DNA of 64,000 nt from Chloropicon primus (taxonomy: Eukaryota): the NCBI GenBank assembly GCA_023205875.1, contig CP060757.1, positions 434,001 to 498,000 of the forward strand, read 5' to 3'. How positions within the stretch are numbered: position 1 is the stretch's first letter; every line of letters begins with the position of its first letter. The position numbers were made by a program, and so were the translations under genes. The notes beneath the pieces are model-generated. The model was not told the DNA's origin. It did no database searches and worked only from the letters and a program-made list of their open reading frames with translations. This document shows, one piece after another, positions 60,690-64,000 of the stretch.

Positions 60690-63005
60690 TCAGGGCATTT
60701 GTTTCCTGTTGCAACTGGGGATGGACGCCAAGCTGGTCCGCCCCGCCCCCGGTGCCTCCGAGTACCCTTGGGAACCACTGGACAAGCCGATGATGGTGTT
60801 GTTCGTTTGCGAGGCCTGCTGGTAGCCCATCCAGATGGTTCCGTCCTGGAAGAGGATGGTCTGAAAAGTTTGTCCCGGGACGTTCCCGGAGGCGTCATCC
60901 GAGAGGGTGACGTTGGACCAAGTCACCGCAACGGCCGTCTTCAGGTCGGCAAACTGCACTTCGCCGCTCTGAGACGCATCAATGTCCGCAAAGAGGACAG
61001 AGATTCTCTTCTTCTGCGAGTGGGACTCTTCGGAAGGCAGGAAGTTGGTGTCGGCCACGTCGAAGGTGATGTAACCATTGGAGCCCACGAACATCTCTTC
61101 GTATTCCTTGCCGTAAAATGGAAAGGCGAAGCCCTGGGGAAGCTTGACCCGAGCGGCTTCGTCGTCACCCAGCGGGAGCCTGGTGTACCTCGGCGGGATG
61201 TAGAGCTTGAAGTCGGGGGAGTTGACGATTTTGCAGACCTCGTACTCCACGGCACCGCCGTCCTCGGGACCGCCTTGGGGCTTCATTTCCAAGACATTCA
61301 AGTCCGGACTCTGATCTGTCCTCAACGCCTTCAGGGAGAGAACCCAGTCCTTGCCCCCCGAGTCGCCGGCGGTGGCCTCAGGGACGCGCCCACCCGCCTG
61401 GCTGTCCGGGCAAGTCAGCCATCTGTCCCCGTGGTCCTTGCACCAGCGCTGGCCTTGGAAGCTAACGCAGTCGTTGTGCAGCGATCCAAAGTGCAAGAAA
61501 GGAAATTTGCATTGACGGGCCTCGATGTTGTACCTTCGCGTCTGCGCCTCTCCCGCAGGAGCAAGAAGAGGCCTCGCCTCCACCTGATCCAGTGGATCGG
61601 CCCTGCTCTGCCTTCTCACACTGTTCTGGCTGCCACTCCCGCCCGCGCCCTGCTGGCCGTCGCACACGAGCCACTCATCCTCCCGCGTCTTGCACCAGTC
61701 CTGGTCCTGGAACGAGATGCACGCGTGCTGGGGGGCCCCGTTGTGGACAAAGGGGAACGAGCAGACCTTCTTCGGCACCTGCACCAGGGCTCTCTGCGGC
61801 ATCGCCCTGAGCTTCGCTGCCCCCCGCGCCATTTCGGCTGATTTGGTTCTCTTGCCCTCGACCGGAATTCGGATGCTGGTGACCTTCTGCAGGTCCTGGG
61901 GGCCGCGTGCCGCCTCCGAGACGAGCGGGGGCTGGAACGTGATTTCGCCGATGGCGGTCTGCATCTTCCCGTCGGGCCTCTTGGGCACCTCGTAGACGTA
62001 GACCCGGCAGTAGTTCCAAAGACGCCTCGACTTGTCCCTCGGGATTTGGACCTGCCTCCTTTCCCCCGGGATCCAGGGCTGGGCGCCTTTCCTCGAATGC
62101 AGCACAGTCCAGTCCAGTCCGTTCTCGCTGCACTTGAGCGCCCAGCTGGTCGGCCCGCCGAAGACGGCGCCGCCCAAAGCCGCGAGATTCACCTGGCCGT
62201 CCTCGCCCTCCGACGAGCCGCGGGGGGGGGGCGAAGCGGGGTACGACGACAAGCTGTAGCCCCTGACGGGCCTCGGCTCCTGGAAGCTGTACTCGATCCA
62301 CTGGGGCTTCCCCTCCTCCGCTGTCCAGGGCCGGCTCATCCACACCGTGGAGACATCCCCGTCGAACGCGAAGGATGGCCTGTGCTCCTCGTAGCTCTTG
62401 GTCGTGCTCGCCGAGGCGTACGAGAGGTGCGACGAGAGGTCGGCCTCGCCCTGCTGCTCCCTCTGCTTGCGCCTAAGAAGATCCTCGAGGTCGAGCGTCT
62501 TCAGCTGGGCGTTGGTGACGCCGTACGAGGGCGACGACCCCTTCGGATCGCCGACCACGGCGGGCCCGATCCCGATCCCCTGCTGCCCGCCATCATCGTC
62601 CGGGGAGGCGTCCTGGAGCAGCAGGGGGAGAACGTCCCTGCTCAGCGTGATCGCGTCTCCGGGCGCGCTCTCGGCCCTCGCGAGCTGGCCCCCAGCGAGG
62701 GCCCCCAGGAGCTTGTCGCCCAGCGCGCTCCTCAAGTCGGAGACTCTGGGCGTTACGGAGACGTCCTCGCCAGTAACGGCCTCGATCTCGTCCACCCAAA
62801 TGACTTTCTTGATGTACTTTGCCTTGCCCGTGCCGTTCGAGTCCAGCAGACCGGTCTGGGGCTCGAGGGGCACGTTCCAGCCCAGGGACCTCTCCCCACC
62901 CCGGGTCGGCGCTCCACCGTCCTCCTGGGCCAGGCACCACGACGACGAGAGCAACGAGGAGATCGCCGCGATCAGCGCCACGACGGCGAAGAAGTGGTCC
63001 GACAT
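60690..63005 (-). CDS. Secreted multidomain protein: signal peptide, F5/8-type C (discoidin-like), two fibronectin type II-like modules, NIDO-like domain
   Basis: Signal MSDHFFAVVALIAAISSLLSSSWCLA; AFDGDVSTVW...PQWIEY...PTSWAL.CSENGLDW; two CxFPF...C...WC...WxxC units; FPFYGKEY...VGSNGYITF...TFQTILFQDG. Confidence 0.82.
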   Translation of the reverse strand: MSDHFFAVVALIAAISSLLSSSWCLAQEDGGAPTRGGERSLGWNVPLEPQTGLLDSNGTGKAKYIKKVIWVDEIEAVTGEDVSVTPRVSDLRSALGDKLLGALAGGQLARAESAPGDAITLSRDVLPLLLQDASPDDDGGQQGIGIGPAVVGDPKGSSPSYGVTNAQLKTLDLEDLLRRKQREQQGEADLSSHLSYASASTTKSYEEHRPSFAFDGDVSTVWMSRPWTAEEGKPQWIEYSFQEPRPVRGYSLSSYPASPPPRGSSEGEDGQVNLAALGGAVFGGPTSWALKCSENGLDWTVLHSRKGAQPWIPGERRQVQIPRDKSRRLWNYCRVYVYEVPKRPDGKMQTAIGEITFQPPLVSEAARGPQDLQKVTSIRIPVEGKRTKSAEMARGAAKLRAMPQRALVQVPKKVCSFPFVHNGAPQHACISFQDQDWCKTREDEWLVCDGQQGAGGSGSQNSVRRQSRADPLDQVEARPLLAPAGEAQTRRYNIEARQCKFPFLHFGSLHNDCVSFQGQRWCKDHGDRWLTCPDSQAGGRVPEATAGDSGGKDWVLSLKALRTDQSPDLNVLEMKPQGGPEDGGAVEYEVCKIVNSPDFKLYIPPRYTRLPLGDDEAARVKLPQGFAFPFYGKEYEEMFVGSNGYITFDVADTNFLPSEESHSQKKRISVLFADIDASQSGEVQFADLKTAVAVTWSNVTLSDDASGNVPGQTFQTILFQDGTIWMGYQQASQTNNTIIGLSSGSQGYSEAPGAGRTSLASIPSCNRKQMP

Positions 63006-63378
63006 CGAGAGATGCCGCCGCGTCAGGGGTACCACGCGACCACCAACCAGTAAAATGCGTTCGCGAATCGCGTTTGCGATTCTGTTGTGTTGTGCGCTCC
63101 TCCTGCTCGGGTTCGTTCCCCTCCTCCTCCATCGCAGATCTCGAGATCAGAAAATCGCAGATGTCAAGGGGAAGCGGCCGTCGCATGAAAATGAATGAAT
63201 TGAGAGGGAGGAGGGAAGAGAAACGGTTTGAGGCCGACGACCATTCATCGCACTCGGAGAGTGAGAAGAGGACAAAGAGGCAGGCGCCTTCCCCCCAAGC
63301 CGAAGTTGTTCATCTGCGAATCGAATCACGGGACGACGACGTTACGAGATGGTGGCGAGAAGAAGGAGTACATGGGTG

Positions 63379-63993
63379 ATGACCATGCCATCGGTCGTGG
63401 TGATGCTGGCCCTGCTGGCGGTGATGTGCGGATCCGCCGTCGAAGCGAAGAGAGGCGCCGTGCCCGGGAAGAGGGTCGCTTGGGAGTACTGCGATCCGAA
63501 CGCGACGTACCCGGCCAACGTCACGAGCGTGAGAATGAACCGCTACCCACCAAGGGCGGGGGACCGAGTCAAGCTCAGCGTGAGGGGCTTCCACAGTAAG
63601 TATTTAGGTTCGAAGGCGAGGCGCGTGACGCGCGCGGCCCTCTCGCGAGAAAAAATTGAGCTGAGCTGAGCTGAGCTGAACTGGAAAAACGACGGCCTGA
63701 CCTTGCCCTCTGCTGACTCCTTCTCCCCAGGCGAGCCGGTCACGGGCGGGACGATTGACTTTGGAGCTTCCTTCAAGGGCATGAGCCTCTACAAGGGCAG
63801 CGAGGACCTGTGCAGGAGGAGCAAGTGCCCCGTCCTGCCCTCCGGAGAGTACCGCTACAGGGCCTCGGAGCGGTTGCCGAGGTTCACTCCCCCCGGCGTC
63901 TACGGCTTGGACGTGAACGTCCACGATCAGGACGGCAAGGAGATTCTTTGCCTCAAAGCGAAGCTCCCGGTCATGCCCGCGGTGCCGCAGTGA
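63379..63993 (+). CDS. ML-domain (NPC2/MD-2-related) lipid-binding protein, 2 exons (63379-63595, 63731-63993)
   Basis: Signal peptide; WEYCD...VTSV...PPRAG, DLCRRSKCPV, LPRFTPPGVY and EILCL. Intron 63596-63730 (GTAAGT...CTGAC...CAG). Confidence 0.9.
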
Positions 63994-64000
63994 CCACCAC

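Noticed and set aside
63657..63682. (GAGCT)n pentamer tract
   Set aside because: Short simple repeat inside the ML-gene intron; no spacers, so not CRISPR-like.
1..64000. Functional gene cluster (lysosomal lipid genes, or ciliary genes) or mobile element
   Set aside because: The related genes are scattered among unrelated housekeeping genes, and I saw no transposase, reverse transcriptase, LTR, TIR or viral hallmark.

Overview
Gene-dense, GC-rich eukaryotic nuclear DNA with about 35 protein-coding genes. Introns are few and short (GT-AG, with CTRAC-type branch points), TGTAA motifs follow many stop codons, and (GA)n tracts sit in leaders. Gene content (plastid KAS I, GAPN, PPR, RH47, CDKE, SDG2/ATXR3, organellar IF3) and these signals point to a compact-genome green alga, possibly a Chloropicon-like picoalga; that assignment is inference. 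I reconstructed splice junctions by hand and recovered genes that the ORF track misses or fragments: a three-exon organellar ribosomal protein bL36, DPM3, an RIIa/Dpy-30-like docking protein and an NT-C2 protein. The most interesting items are a secreted discoidin + 2x fibronectin-type-II + NIDO mosaic resembling animal extracellular matrix proteins, an MTA9/AMT6-7-like inactive MT-A70 subunit suggesting a DNA 6mA system, a phosphodiesterase whose invariant substrate-binding Gln is Glu, an OCRL-like 5-phosphatase-ASH-RhoGAP protein, and centriole/axoneme-type genes. I found no tRNA, rRNA, transposon or CRISPR array, and no operon-like multi-gene system. All family assignments come from motif recognition, not database searches.
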